Positions 1 through 8,345 of a DNA stretch of 42,460 nucleotides are shown piece by piece. Under the pieces are notes generated by a model. It made no database searches and was not told the origin of the DNA. It saw only the letters and a program-made list of their open reading frames with translations. The first letter of the stretch is position 1, and each line of letters begins with the position of its first letter. The stretch comes from a virus: the IMG/VR virus record IMGVR_UViG_3300045971_000101, one strand, 5' to 3'. A program made the translations under genes and the position numbers.

Positions 1-127
1 AACCGACTCTACCCCACAGGCGACCGGAAGTGTAACAGACCAGATATCAGCGTTGTTGATGGAAGAACATAATCCACAACCGATGAAGCAAGAGAAAGAC
101 CCTAACGCATATAAACCTAAAGCATCA
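1..127. repeat. End overlap: bases 1-127 are identical to 42334-42460 (circular closure of the contig)
   Basis: Direct base-by-base comparison of both window ends gives an exact 127/127 match. The unique unit is 42333 bp. Confidence 0.97.
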
Positions 128-1120
128 AAGCCCAAAGCTCCAGAATCTGAGCCGGATTTACCCCCAAGTGAAGATTCAATGGACAGTGACGAAGATGAAG
201 AAGGTGATGAAGTAGAACCTGGTAATGAAGCAGAGCCAGAAGAAGAAACTGATACTGAGAATGAGGAAAGCGAAGCTACCTGGTCGAAAGTATTAGGTGT
301 ACCCGATGACAAGGTTGTACTTGATGACGAGGGTGAGTTTGCAGGCTTTAAAATTAAAGTCGATGGTAAAGTTGAGGTTGTTCCTACCGCTGATTTAATA
401 GCAGGGTTTCAGAATAACAAATCAAATACCCAAAAGAGCAAAGCCATTGCGGAAGAAAAGAAACAACTTGAAACGCATAAGATGCAACTCTTGCAAGAGT
501 ATGGCACCAAGATTAAAGACGCTGAGGCATTAACCACATACCTTGAAAACTCGTTAGTTAAAGAATATCAAGGTGTGGATTGGAATAGCCTCCGTTATAG
601 CAATCCAGGTGAATATGCAGCATTAGTACAAGATTACAACATCCGAGTGGATGAGATACAAAAGATTAAAACGGCGACTGACACTGTAAAACAACAAGAG
701 ACCGAAAAGTACACACAAGAATTTGGACAAAAGACGCAAGCGTATATACAAGAGCAAGTTCAACAAGCGATAGAGAAACATCCCGAGTGGCAAGATACCA
801 AGAAGTTTAAATCTGCGTTAAGTGATATGCAGAACTTCGTATCTGAAACGTATGGCTTCTCCGCTCAAGAATTCGCAGATGTAAAAGACGCCCGTATATT
901 GGACCTCATTTTGGATGCTAAGAAGTATCGTGCTGGAAAGACGGTGGCAGAGCAAAAACTGGCTAAACCTGTGGGTAAGTTTCAAAAACCTACTGGACAG
1001 GTAAAAGCGACTAAAACCAAATTAGAGCAGCTGACTAGCAAAGCAAAAACTTCAAGCGGTTATGCAAAACACGCAGCGGAAACGGATGCGGTGGCAGAGC
1101 TGCTCAAAAACATATATTAA
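1..1120 (+). CDS. Scaffolding protein, 3' part. The true ATG is at 42314, reading across the circular junction; 379 aa in total.
   Basis: The frame of the 53..1120 ORF stays open back to base 2 and continues from 42314-42333 (MNEINVTTDSTPQATGSVTDQISALLMEEH...). The N-terminus is D/E-rich and the remainder is K/Q/E-rich and helical-looking. It lies directly upstream of the capsid gene. Confidence 0.6.
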   Translation, partial: TDSTPQATGSVTDQISALLMEEHNPQPMKQEKDPNAYKPKASKPKAPESEPDLPPSEDSMDSDEDEEGDEVEPGNEAEPEEETDTENEESEATWSKVLGVPDDKVVLDDEGEFAGFKIKVDGKVEVVPTADLIAGFQNNKSNTQKSKAIAEEKKQLETHKMQLLQEYGTKIKDAEALTTYLENSLVKEYQGVDWNSLRYSNPGEYAALVQDYNIRVDEIQKIKTATDTVKQQETEKYTQEFGQKTQAYIQEQVQQAIEKHPEWQDTKKFKSALSDMQNFVSETYGFSAQEFADVKDARILDLILDAKKYRAGKTVAEQKLAKPVGKFQKPTGQVKATKTKLEQLTSKAKTSSGYAKHAAETDAVAELLKNIY

Positions 1121-1138
1121 TATAGGGGTAAGAATACC

Positions 1139-2170
1139 ATGAGTACCGCAAACCTGGATTCCGCTGACCTTAAAGCGGCCACATATAAAGGACTTATTAG
1201 AGAAGATGTGATGAATCGCATTTTCGATATTAGTCGAATTCCACTGCCTTTCACAGATATGGTAGGCAGTGATACACATAAGAATGAATATACAGAATGG
1301 ACTCTTGATGTACTTGCTGCTCCAGACGTTACTAACGCCGTGGTTGACGGGTCTGATGCAAGTGGTAATAATACTGTTATTGGCAATCGTGTAGGTAATC
1401 ATTCTCAAATCAGTCAAAAAGTAGTAAGAGTTTCATTTCGTGCCGATGCAAGCGATGTAATTGGAAGAACCAAAGAAACATCTTACCAAGTCATGAGACG
1501 CCAACAGGAGTTGAGACGTGATGTTGATGCTATCTGTTTACAAAATCAAGCTTCAGTCTCTGACGATGGTGGCTCTACAGCAGGCAAGGTCGGTGGCCTT
1601 CCTACTTGGTTATCTAGCCATAATTATGGTGGTACCGCTGGTGGCTTTTCTGGCTCTACTGGCCTCACTGTGGCTAGGATTCCGACTGCTACTAGAGCAT
1701 TAACTGAAACATTGGTTCGTGATGCAGTACAAGCGGTTTATCAAGACGGTGGCGATCCTACTGTTTTAATGTCTATTCCTGGCGTTATTCGTAAGTTCTC
1801 TGAGTACTTATTTACTTCTTCTGCTAGAGTCGCAACACTCATGTCAGACCAAGGTAAATCAAGCGAAAAAGCGACTGCTTTGGGCTCTGTTAATGTCTTC
1901 GTGACTGATTTTGGTACTCTTAAAATGGTGCCTAATCGACTCCAAAGAACTCACGCTGACTCTGGTACGACCCAGGTTGCTGATGTGTTTATTCTTGACC
2001 CTTCCTACTTATCCATTTCGTATCTTAAAGGGTACAGAACTGAAGACTTGGCTAAAACAGGATTGGCAGAGAATAAACAAATGTCAGTTGATTGGACTTT
2101 GAAAGTATTAACTGAAAAATCAATGGCAATCATTGGCGATATCAGCACCACAGCGGCTGTAACACTTTAA
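1139..2170 (+). CDS. Major capsid protein
   Basis: 343-aa ORF immediately after the scaffold gene and followed by a strong terminator hairpin. Size and position are typical of a podovirus HK97-fold MCP. The call is positional rather than motif-proven. Confidence 0.75.
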   Translation: MSTANLDSADLKAATYKGLIREDVMNRIFDISRIPLPFTDMVGSDTHKNEYTEWTLDVLAAPDVTNAVVDGSDASGNNTVIGNRVGNHSQISQKVVRVSFRADASDVIGRTKETSYQVMRRQQELRRDVDAICLQNQASVSDDGGSTAGKVGGLPTWLSSHNYGGTAGGFSGSTGLTVARIPTATRALTETLVRDAVQAVYQDGGDPTVLMSIPGVIRKFSEYLFTSSARVATLMSDQGKSSEKATALGSVNVFVTDFGTLKMVPNRLQRTHADSGTTQVADVFILDPSYLSISYLKGYRTEDLAKTGLAENKQMSVDWTLKVLTEKSMAIIGDISTTAAVTL

Positions 2171-2199
2171 AAACGAACAGAATAGTACCTGCTAGTTTT

Positions 2200-2238
2200 C
2201 CTACTGTGGTTATTCACCTTTCCACAGTAGGTTTTAAT
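2200..2238 (+). terminator. Rho-independent terminator after the capsid gene
   Basis: Perfect 10-bp stem, cctactgtgg (2200-2209) with ccacagtagg (2222-2231), a 12-nt loop, then ttttaatt. Confidence 0.7.
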
Positions 2239-2253
2239 TCCAAGGAGAACGAA

Positions 2254-2667
2254 ATGACCACACCAAAAGTAACCCCAGCAACACCTAACGTGCCACCTGT
2301 CGTACAGCCAAATGTCACGCATCCAACTGTTACGCAACCTCAAGTTGCAACAATTCCTAATCCACCAAAACAGCCTGTGTCGCAAAATGTAATTCAGCCA
2401 TCGCCCACGATGGAAACGCTTGCAGCTGAGCCTAAGTTGCCTAATCATCCCCTGAATCAGCTCACTCAAAATGATGTTGATAGAAAGGATGCAAGAGCCC
2501 GTGGCTATTCTTTAGGCCCCGACGCACCTAAATCAACAAGAACCATTAGGAACATTCACACGAATGCCTTAAATCTTGAAAGTGGGATTATTGAGCCTGG
2601 ACAAACTGGTTTGGCAACAGATGCTGAAGTTAGTTGTTTGTTAGGTAAGTATGTGGAGGTATCGTAA
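2254..2667 (+). CDS. Hypothetical virion-module protein with a Pro/Thr/Val-rich N-terminus
   Basis: AAGGAG (2242-2247) lies 6 nt before ATG 2254. The track's GTG start at 2206 would lie inside the terminator hairpin. Confidence 0.6.
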   Translation: MTTPKVTPATPNVPPVVQPNVTHPTVTQPQVATIPNPPKQPVSQNVIQPSPTMETLAAEPKLPNHPLNQLTQNDVDRKDARARGYSLGPDAPKSTRTIRNIHTNALNLESGIIEPGQTGLATDAEVSCLLGKYVEVS

Positions 2668-2897
2668 TGACAACGGTAGCGACACCCACCTGCACAGGAT
2701 TAGCTGTAGCAGCTATTGAAACGGCCTTAAGAACGGCTGGTCTAGGGCATTCCGGTATGAAAGCATCAAGAGCTGAGGGTGGTGCTCTGGATGGCGGTAT
2801 TGCATCGACATTGCTTTGTTCTTCACAATCACCTACTGCCGGAACTGTCGTTGACCTGGGTACGAATGTCGCCTTGAAGTTTACGGATAGAATGTAA
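2667..2897 (+). CDS. Small protein consisting of one PASTA-like domain
   Basis: Residues ...TGLAVAAIETALRTAGLG...SSQSPTAGTVVDLGTNVALKF fit the PASTA pattern G-x-x-x-x-A-x-x-x-L-x-x-x-G-L ... Q-S-P-x-A-G-T-x-V-x-x-G-x-x-V. TAATG start overlap with the upstream gene. Confidence 0.5.
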   Translation: MTTVATPTCTGLAVAAIETALRTAGLGHSGMKASRAEGGALDGGIASTLLCSSQSPTAGTVVDLGTNVALKFTDRM

Positions 2898-3229
2898 TGT
2901 CACTGTTTGAACCTACTTTTGATGGGGTTATCAAGTCAGAGTTTTTAACCCATCTTGATGAGATAGCCCATAAGCAAACACAGCCATCAGAAGCTCTTAT
3001 CTTAGCTCGCAATGCCGAGCTAAGAAAGAATCCTGGTTCATTATATGATTTAGGTGAACGGGAAGGGCATACGTGGGGACAATTACAAGCTGTGATACCT
3101 TTTAATATGTTTGAGAAAGCTATTCGTGATGGTTATGCGTTAAACAGTCAAGACCCTGATGTGGCAGCCATAGCCATGAAGAATTATTTATTAACACCAG
3201 AAGGTAAAGCATGTCTGGTGCAGGATTAG
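2897..3229 (+). CDS. Hypothetical protein
   Basis: 110-aa ORF with a TAATG overlap to the upstream gene, inside the co-oriented virion block. No recognisable motif. Confidence 0.55.
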   Translation: MSLFEPTFDGVIKSEFLTHLDEIAHKQTQPSEALILARNAELRKNPGSLYDLGEREGHTWGQLQAVIPFNMFEKAIRDGYALNSQDPDVAAIAMKNYLLTPEGKACLVQD

Positions 3230-3239
3230 GAGTTATGAA

Positions 3240-3806
3240 ATGGCAGGAAGAATTAGATTTACCGCAGCGGAAGATGAAAGCACGTTAAAATCAGCAGATC
3301 CAAAGTTAGGACGTGCTTTTCAGGCAGGCCGTGCTGCATTGATTGTGGGTACAAATACTAACCCACATGTTGCAGGTTCTGAGACTTATTTAGCTTATGA
3401 AGCTGGGTATGCAACCGTTACCCCTGAAGGCACTTATGATGGTGGAGCTTATGCTATCCCCATCACGATGCCTAATTTGGCGGGATTGACCATTGCTCAA
3501 GCTGATGCAGCTATAACGGCTGCCGGATTAATTCCAGGAAAGATAACGGGAGCATTTGGCGTGGTTACTAGCCAATTACCAGCGGCTGCTGCGAAAGCAC
3601 AGCCTGGTGATGTAGTTACTTTTACAATTAAAGTAACTGTTCCAGACTTGACAGGTTTAACTTCAGCTGCAGCCGTAACGGCATTAACCACAGCTCATTT
3701 GATAGCAGGCGTTGTTACAGGAACTACTGGTGTGGTTACTGTTCAACTTCCGTTAGCCGCTGCATTAGCGGTTAGTGGTTCGTCTGTTGCTTATACGATA
3801 GCATAA
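3240..3806 (+). CDS. Virion-module protein with two tandem PASTA-like domains
   Basis: MPNLAGLTIAQADAAITAAGLIPGKITGAFGVVTSQLPAAAAKAQPGDVVTFTI followed by VPDLTGLTSAAAVTALTTAHLIAGVVTGTTGVVTVQLPLAAALAVSGSSVAYTIA. Both match the PASTA pattern vPdl.G.t...A...L...gL..g.v......V..Q.P.aG..v..Gs.V. Confidence 0.6.
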   Translation: MAGRIRFTAAEDESTLKSADPKLGRAFQAGRAALIVGTNTNPHVAGSETYLAYEAGYATVTPEGTYDGGAYAIPITMPNLAGLTIAQADAAITAAGLIPGKITGAFGVVTSQLPAAAAKAQPGDVVTFTIKVTVPDLTGLTSAAAVTALTTAHLIAGVVTGTTGVVTVQLPLAAALAVSGSSVAYTIA

Positions 3807-3810
3807 TATT

Positions 3811-4095
3811 ATGGCTAAGCTACAGTCCTTAAACTATAAACGTAATGTCAATATATTTACAGATGGCAACCCTACCGCACGTTTCCCTCATGTTTTACAA
3901 ACTAAAGGAATGGGTAAAAGGTTTGCTGTTCCTGATTTAGCGGGTATGACAACAGCACAAGCTAATGCAACATTAACATCAGCTAACTTGTTAAAAGGTG
4001 TTATGACAGGTACTACAGGGGTGGTTACCGTACAATCCCCCTTAGCGGGAGTCTTGGTATTTAATGGATCTTATGTGGATTACACAATAGCATGA
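3811..4095 (+). CDS. Virion-module protein with one C-terminal PASTA-like domain
   Basis: VPDLAGMTTAQANATLTSANLLKGVMTGTTGVVTVQSPLAGVLVFNGSYVDYTIA is a close paralog of the second domain of the 3240-3806 protein. Confidence 0.6.
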   Translation: MAKLQSLNYKRNVNIFTDGNPTARFPHVLQTKGMGKRFAVPDLAGMTTAQANATLTSANLLKGVMTGTTGVVTVQSPLAGVLVFNGSYVDYTIA

Positions 4096-4135
4096 AACTA
4101 TTTAATTCAACTTTACAAATTTGCTGGGTATTAAA

Positions 4136-5161
4136 ATGGTCATAATAGCTAATTCAGAAATTGGTTATCCGGGCGCTAGTGAAACTAATGCGTTTGTCGC
4201 AAAGGAACCCTATGTGGTTAATCATTGTGGTACTCTTAGGACAATTCCCTTGGCTGGAGCATCCCGTTCACATGACTTTAGTGGGAGTGTTCCATTTATT
4301 AATCCTGTAACCAATAGAAGTGATATTCAGCAAATTCAAACGTGGTCTGGAGGGGTAGTCGCTCCCTATGATACGGGTATCACAAATAAAGGCATACCGG
4401 GTAGAGTTGATAAAACGACTTTTGGTAATGATACCGTTACCCTGATTAAATATAATAAGGGTGATGGCATTACTTTTCAAAAATGCCGATCAAAGATCAT
4501 GGCGTGGCCCATTCCAAATCGAGTTCATGCAAGATTTTATTTAGAAATGGCATTTGGTAGCAATGCTGATCCTTGGGTATTGACACCAGCAGGTATCCCA
4601 CCTGCCTCAGGTGTTTCTCCTGTGGCTTTTTGGGGAATCTCTGATGAAAACCAAAGTAGTGGGCCATTTGGACTTGAAGTTGATACGGATAATAGAGATC
4701 CTGCAAACTTAATGGTAAGTGTATTTCGACGTGTATTAACAGATGGTGTGAGTAAAGTTCGACTTTATATCATTAGAAGTGTACCAAGACATACTATGGT
4801 TCGTATTATGCTGGATATGTTCCTTGATGAGAGAGCTACCTCAGCAGGTGGTAAAGGTGCTTTTAATCTTTATTATAATGATAACTTAGTATTTTCGCAA
4901 ACTGGTCCAACTATGGCTAATATAACAGGTACTAAGAATCCGTACTGGTCAATACATACGTATTTGTGGACTGAAGCTCTGCCTTATAAATATAATCGAG
5001 CTATATTTTTTAAGACCGCTAAGATGCTAGTGTATCCGGTTAAACCTATAGCACCTCCTATTCCTCCTGTGCCTCCCGTACCTCCAGTATTAACTACAGA
5101 ACAAAGAGTAGATGCTCTAGAACATCGTGTAGATGCTATTGAAAAGGGTTTGGTGTTATGA
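4136..5161 (+). CDS. Hypothetical virion protein with a globular domain, a C-terminal Pro-rich linker and a short coiled coil
   Basis: Long ORF in the structural block. C-terminus reads PIAPPIPPVPPVPPVLTTEQRVDALEHRVDAIEKG. ATG 4136 is preferred over the track's TTG 4121. Function not recognisable. Confidence 0.5.
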   Translation: MVIIANSEIGYPGASETNAFVAKEPYVVNHCGTLRTIPLAGASRSHDFSGSVPFINPVTNRSDIQQIQTWSGGVVAPYDTGITNKGIPGRVDKTTFGNDTVTLIKYNKGDGITFQKCRSKIMAWPIPNRVHARFYLEMAFGSNADPWVLTPAGIPPASGVSPVAFWGISDENQSSGPFGLEVDTDNRDPANLMVSVFRRVLTDGVSKVRLYIIRSVPRHTMVRIMLDMFLDERATSAGGKGAFNLYYNDNLVFSQTGPTMANITGTKNPYWSIHTYLWTEALPYKYNRAIFFKTAKMLVYPVKPIAPPIPPVPPVPPVLTTEQRVDALEHRVDAIEKGLVL

Positions 5162-5793
5162 CCTATGAGGAAATAGTCAGCACCTCACTGGCTTATGCAG
5201 ATAGGCAAGATGTTGCTGTGATTAGTCGTGTCGATATATTTATGCGTATGGCTGAGTCACGTATTAACCGGCTTTTAGTTATTGAGGATATGAGTATTCG
5301 TTACATATTCTCAGAGCCTAATCCTGTTAATGGACGGTATGACTTACCAGCAGATTTTTCTGCTATTCGAGATATTGCTATAGTTGACTCACTTGATTCA
5401 AAGAATAGGCTAACGCTTTCACTGATTAACCCAGAACAAATGAATACGGCCACCAGCACAGTTAATATTGATAATAGCCTAAAACATTTTTATCAGATAT
5501 TGAATAAACAACTTGTTATACAACCTCCTGTAATTGATGGCTCTAAGTATCTCGAAATAGTTTATTACGGGAATATAGCTCCATTGACGCTTGATAATAG
5601 TACTAATTGGATATCTAACAATCATCCTGACTTATATATTGATGGCATTCTTGTTGAGATTAATGCATTTATAAAGGATGCTGAAGCGGCTGCTTTATGG
5701 GATGGGCGATTTAAACAAGTTATTGATGAATTGGCGAATGCTGACAACCTTCTTGTGTATAGCGGTTCAAGTCTTCAAACACGGGTTGGATAA
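5158..5793 (+). CDS. Putative head-tail adaptor or neck protein
   Basis: 211-aa ORF with an ATGA overlap to the upstream gene. It sits between the head genes and the fibre genes. The assignment is positional only. Confidence 0.35.
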   Translation: MTYEEIVSTSLAYADRQDVAVISRVDIFMRMAESRINRLLVIEDMSIRYIFSEPNPVNGRYDLPADFSAIRDIAIVDSLDSKNRLTLSLINPEQMNTATSTVNIDNSLKHFYQILNKQLVIQPPVIDGSKYLEIVYYGNIAPLTLDNSTNWISNNHPDLYIDGILVEINAFIKDAEAAALWDGRFKQVIDELANADNLLVYSGSSLQTRVG

Positions 5794-5794
5794 T

Positions 5795-6328
5795 ATGAAA
5801 TTTATTAAGTTGCCATCCGTAGAGTTTTTAAATAAATCATTGTCTTATAATCCTGATACTGGAAATATATTTCGTTTGACAGGAAGGTATAAGGGGGCTA
5901 TTGCTGGGGCTGTAAGTGTAAAAGGAAGACACGTTATAGATTTAGTCATTGATGGAAAAACCGTTAAATTTTATTCAGCAAGAATAGCTTGGAAAATATT
6001 TTACAAAGAAGAGCCTACTTCTCAAATTGATCATATTAATGGCGATAAGTTAGATAATAGAATTTGTAATTTAAGAGCGGCTACAAATTCAGAAAATCAA
6101 TGTAATACGTCAAAAAGAGATAACTCTAGACCGTATAAAGGTGTTTTTAAACGGCGAAACGCCAAAGGAAAGCACTATAAAGATTGGACATATCAAATTA
6201 GGTTTGATTATAAACTTTATCAGGTTTCTGGGTTCGCTACTGCTGAAGAAGCATTTGAAGCCAGATGTGCTTTTGGTAAACAATTACATGGCGATTTCTA
6301 TAACGCTGGAGGTGTATCATCGCTTTAG
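5795..6328 (+). CDS. Free-standing HNH homing endonuclease with a C-terminal AP2-like DNA-binding domain
   Basis: HNH motif HINGDKLDNRICNLRAATNSENQCN. AP2-like YKGVFKR...WTYQIRFDYKLYQVSGFATAEEAFEARCAFGKQLHGDF. ATG 5795 lies 1 nt after the stop of the adaptor gene. The segment is AT-richer than its flanks. Confidence 0.85.
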   Translation: MKFIKLPSVEFLNKSLSYNPDTGNIFRLTGRYKGAIAGAVSVKGRHVIDLVIDGKTVKFYSARIAWKIFYKEEPTSQIDHINGDKLDNRICNLRAATNSENQCNTSKRDNSRPYKGVFKRRNAKGKHYKDWTYQIRFDYKLYQVSGFATAEEAFEARCAFGKQLHGDFYNAGGVSSL

Positions 6329-8334
6329 AAACTGGCTCAACAATAGCGGCATTAAATGTTGCTAACCCTACAATTACTGACCCCGTAGGGCAAGCGGATG
6401 ACCACTTACGCCTTATAAAAACAGTATTAAAGACGACTTTTCCTGGTGCAGCAGGGACTGGTTATGCAATACCTATTACTGCAACAGAAGCTGAATTAAA
6501 CCATGTGCATGGCGTAACCAGCGATATACAGACGCAGCTTAATACTGTGGGCACCAGTAAAGCAAATCTAGCCTCGCCTACTTTTACAGGAACTGTTTCT
6601 GGTATTGATAAAACGATGGTGGGATTGCCTAATGTAGACAATACCTCAGACGCTAATAAGCCAGTTTCAACAGCTCAGCAAACTGCTCTTGATTTAAAGC
6701 AGCGTCTTAGCGGTAAAGATGCAACGGGTGGCTATGCTGGATTAACGCTATTCAATATAAACTTCAAAAATGTATTGAATACCTTTACTAGCTTCTTCAC
6801 TAATTCTAATACAGCAGCACGTACCTATGCGTTTCCTGATAAGGATATAACGGTAGCGGGACTTGATGATATTACAGGGACTAATTCAGGGATTAATACG
6901 GGCGACAGTGCTGTTAATTCTTTATATAGCGGGTTAATTACCAACGCTACACATACAGGCGACGTAACAGGGAGTAATGAATTAACGATAGCTAGCAAGG
7001 CAGTAACGCTAGCTAAAATGAATGATATGGCGACAGCCTCATTGATCTATCGTAAGACAGCTGGTGTGGGTGCTCCTGAAGTCAATTCCCTGGAAACTTT
7101 GAAAACCGACCTTACTTTAGTTAAAAGTGATGTGGGTTTAGGCAATGTTAATAATACATCGGATGCCAATAAGCCTATATCCACAGCTCAACAAGCGGCA
7201 TTAGACTTTAAGGTAGATATTACTTCTATTACTCCCGTTGCGTTTGGTGGTACTGGGCTGACAGCATTAGGGCCAGCAGGTTATGTGTTAGCGACTAATG
7301 CGGGTGTCACAGCTATGGAGTGGATAGCACCTGCATCAGGTGGTGGAGGTGGTGGCACTGGTAGTGTTACCTCTGTTAGCTGTTCAGGTGGCACGACAGG
7401 ACTCACGTTAGCGGGTGGGCCGATAACTACGACGGGCACATTCACGCTAGGCGGGTTATTAGTTTCAGCTAACGGCGGTACGGGCAATGGTTTTGCAAAG
7501 TTTACTGGGCCTACTACCGCTGAAAAGACGTTTACTTTGCCTGATGCGAATGCCACGTTGTTATATTCAGGTGGTGCATTAGGTACGCCTGTAAGTGGAA
7601 ACGCTTCTAATCTGACTAATTTTCCAACTCTTAATCAGAATACGAGTGGCACAGCGGCAGGGTTATCCACACCACTCGTTGTTGCATCAGGTGGTACAGG
7701 ATTAACGGCTCTTGGCACGAGCGCACAAGTTCTAAGGACGAATGTTGCGGGTACGGCTATGGAGTGGGCAACCGCATCAAGCGGGAGTTCAATAGGTTAT
7801 TCGACGTATGATGCTAGAAACGATTTACGAGCATTAACACCTACTGCCCATGCTTTAATTGTTGTTGAATCGTTAGGTTTATTTCAGTGGTTTTCAGGTA
7901 GCACAGAACCTGATGATGATGAAACCAGCTTTGCCACAGCATCAGGTGTTTGGCAGTTAATCGCAGCACATACAGACATGGTGTTTGCTAATTGGCTTGC
8001 AGAAGTTGATAGTTTATATAGTGCGGTAGATACGTTAACCGCATTTACGGGTAAGTTTTTACGTGGTTCTTTCAATATGACGTTGACTAGTTTGGGGGCT
8101 ATTTCTACAACAGTATTCACGGCACCAGTAGCGGGAGCTTCTATTGGGGATAGTGTTATTGTTAATCCAGGAAATGGTTTTGGTAATGATGATGGTAGTA
8201 AGGCAATTCTTAATTATAAAGCTTATGTCAGTTCAGCAAATATAGTTACTATTAATGTATGTAATTCAGCAACGGCAGCCTATGTAGCGAATATAACCCC
8301 CTCAACCTGGTCTGTTTTAGTTATCAAACAATAG
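6319..8334 (+). CDS. Tail fibre protein 1, with an apparent non-canonical ATC start. The first canonical start is GTG 6505.
   Basis: The frame is open from 6304. Residues from 6319 (IALETGSTIAALNVANPTITDPVGQADDHLRLIKTVLKTTFPGAAGTGYAIPITATEAELNHVHGV) align with the N-terminus of the 9509 fibre. GGAGG at 6308-6312 lies 6 nt upstream of ATC 6319. Fibre repeats include NTSDANKP(V/I)STAQQ.ALD.K (x2) and GGTGLTALG...AMEW (x2). Confidence 0.6.
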   Translation: MALETGSTIAALNVANPTITDPVGQADDHLRLIKTVLKTTFPGAAGTGYAIPITATEAELNHVHGVTSDIQTQLNTVGTSKANLASPTFTGTVSGIDKTMVGLPNVDNTSDANKPVSTAQQTALDLKQRLSGKDATGGYAGLTLFNINFKNVLNTFTSFFTNSNTAARTYAFPDKDITVAGLDDITGTNSGINTGDSAVNSLYSGLITNATHTGDVTGSNELTIASKAVTLAKMNDMATASLIYRKTAGVGAPEVNSLETLKTDLTLVKSDVGLGNVNNTSDANKPISTAQQAALDFKVDITSITPVAFGGTGLTALGPAGYVLATNAGVTAMEWIAPASGGGGGGTGSVTSVSCSGGTTGLTLAGGPITTTGTFTLGGLLVSANGGTGNGFAKFTGPTTAEKTFTLPDANATLLYSGGALGTPVSGNASNLTNFPTLNQNTSGTAAGLSTPLVVASGGTGLTALGTSAQVLRTNVAGTAMEWATASSGSSIGYSTYDARNDLRALTPTAHALIVVESLGLFQWFSGSTEPDDDETSFATASGVWQLIAAHTDMVFANWLAEVDSLYSAVDTLTAFTGKFLRGSFNMTLTSLGAISTTVFTAPVAGASIGDSVIVNPGNGFGNDDGSKAILNYKAYVSSANIVTINVCNSATAAYVANITPSTWSVLVIKQ

Positions 8335-8345
8335 GAATTTTTATT

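Noticed and set aside
1-127. The 127-bp end repeat as a genuine direct terminal repeat or a mobile-element boundary
   Set aside because: It falls inside the scaffold coding sequence, and its length equals a typical assembler k-mer. The simplest reading is circular-contig overlap. The physical termini are more likely in the 35.1-35.6 kb repeat region, or the genome is headful-permuted.
1052-1417. Antisense or shadow ORFs throughout the window, for example 1052-1417(-), 1117-1386(-), 3497-3691(-), 7281-7556(-), 15299-15535(-), 17185-17487(-), 20452-20742(+), 25423-25731(+), 32581-32853(+) and 39404-39709(-)
   Set aside because: All lie entirely within longer, motif-supported genes on the opposite strand or in another frame. 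They lack SD sequences and have compositions typical of antisense read-through.
2113-2253. Possible -1 programmed frameshift extending the capsid protein into the downstream ORF, as in T7 10A/10B. The -1 frame is open from 2116 through the capsid stop to 2667.
   Set aside because: There is no canonical X XXY YYZ heptamer; only a gAAAAAt run at 2115-2119. The terminator hairpin lies between the two ORFs, too far away to stimulate slippage. The downstream ORF has its own strong AAGGAG SD and ATG 2254. The 46 stop-free codons could be chance.
5678-5794. N-terminal extension of the HNH ORF overlapping the adaptor gene (track ORF 5678..6328)
   Set aside because: The extension lies wholly inside gene 5158-5793 in another frame. 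ATG 5795 directly follows that gene's stop and begins the recognisable HNH protein.
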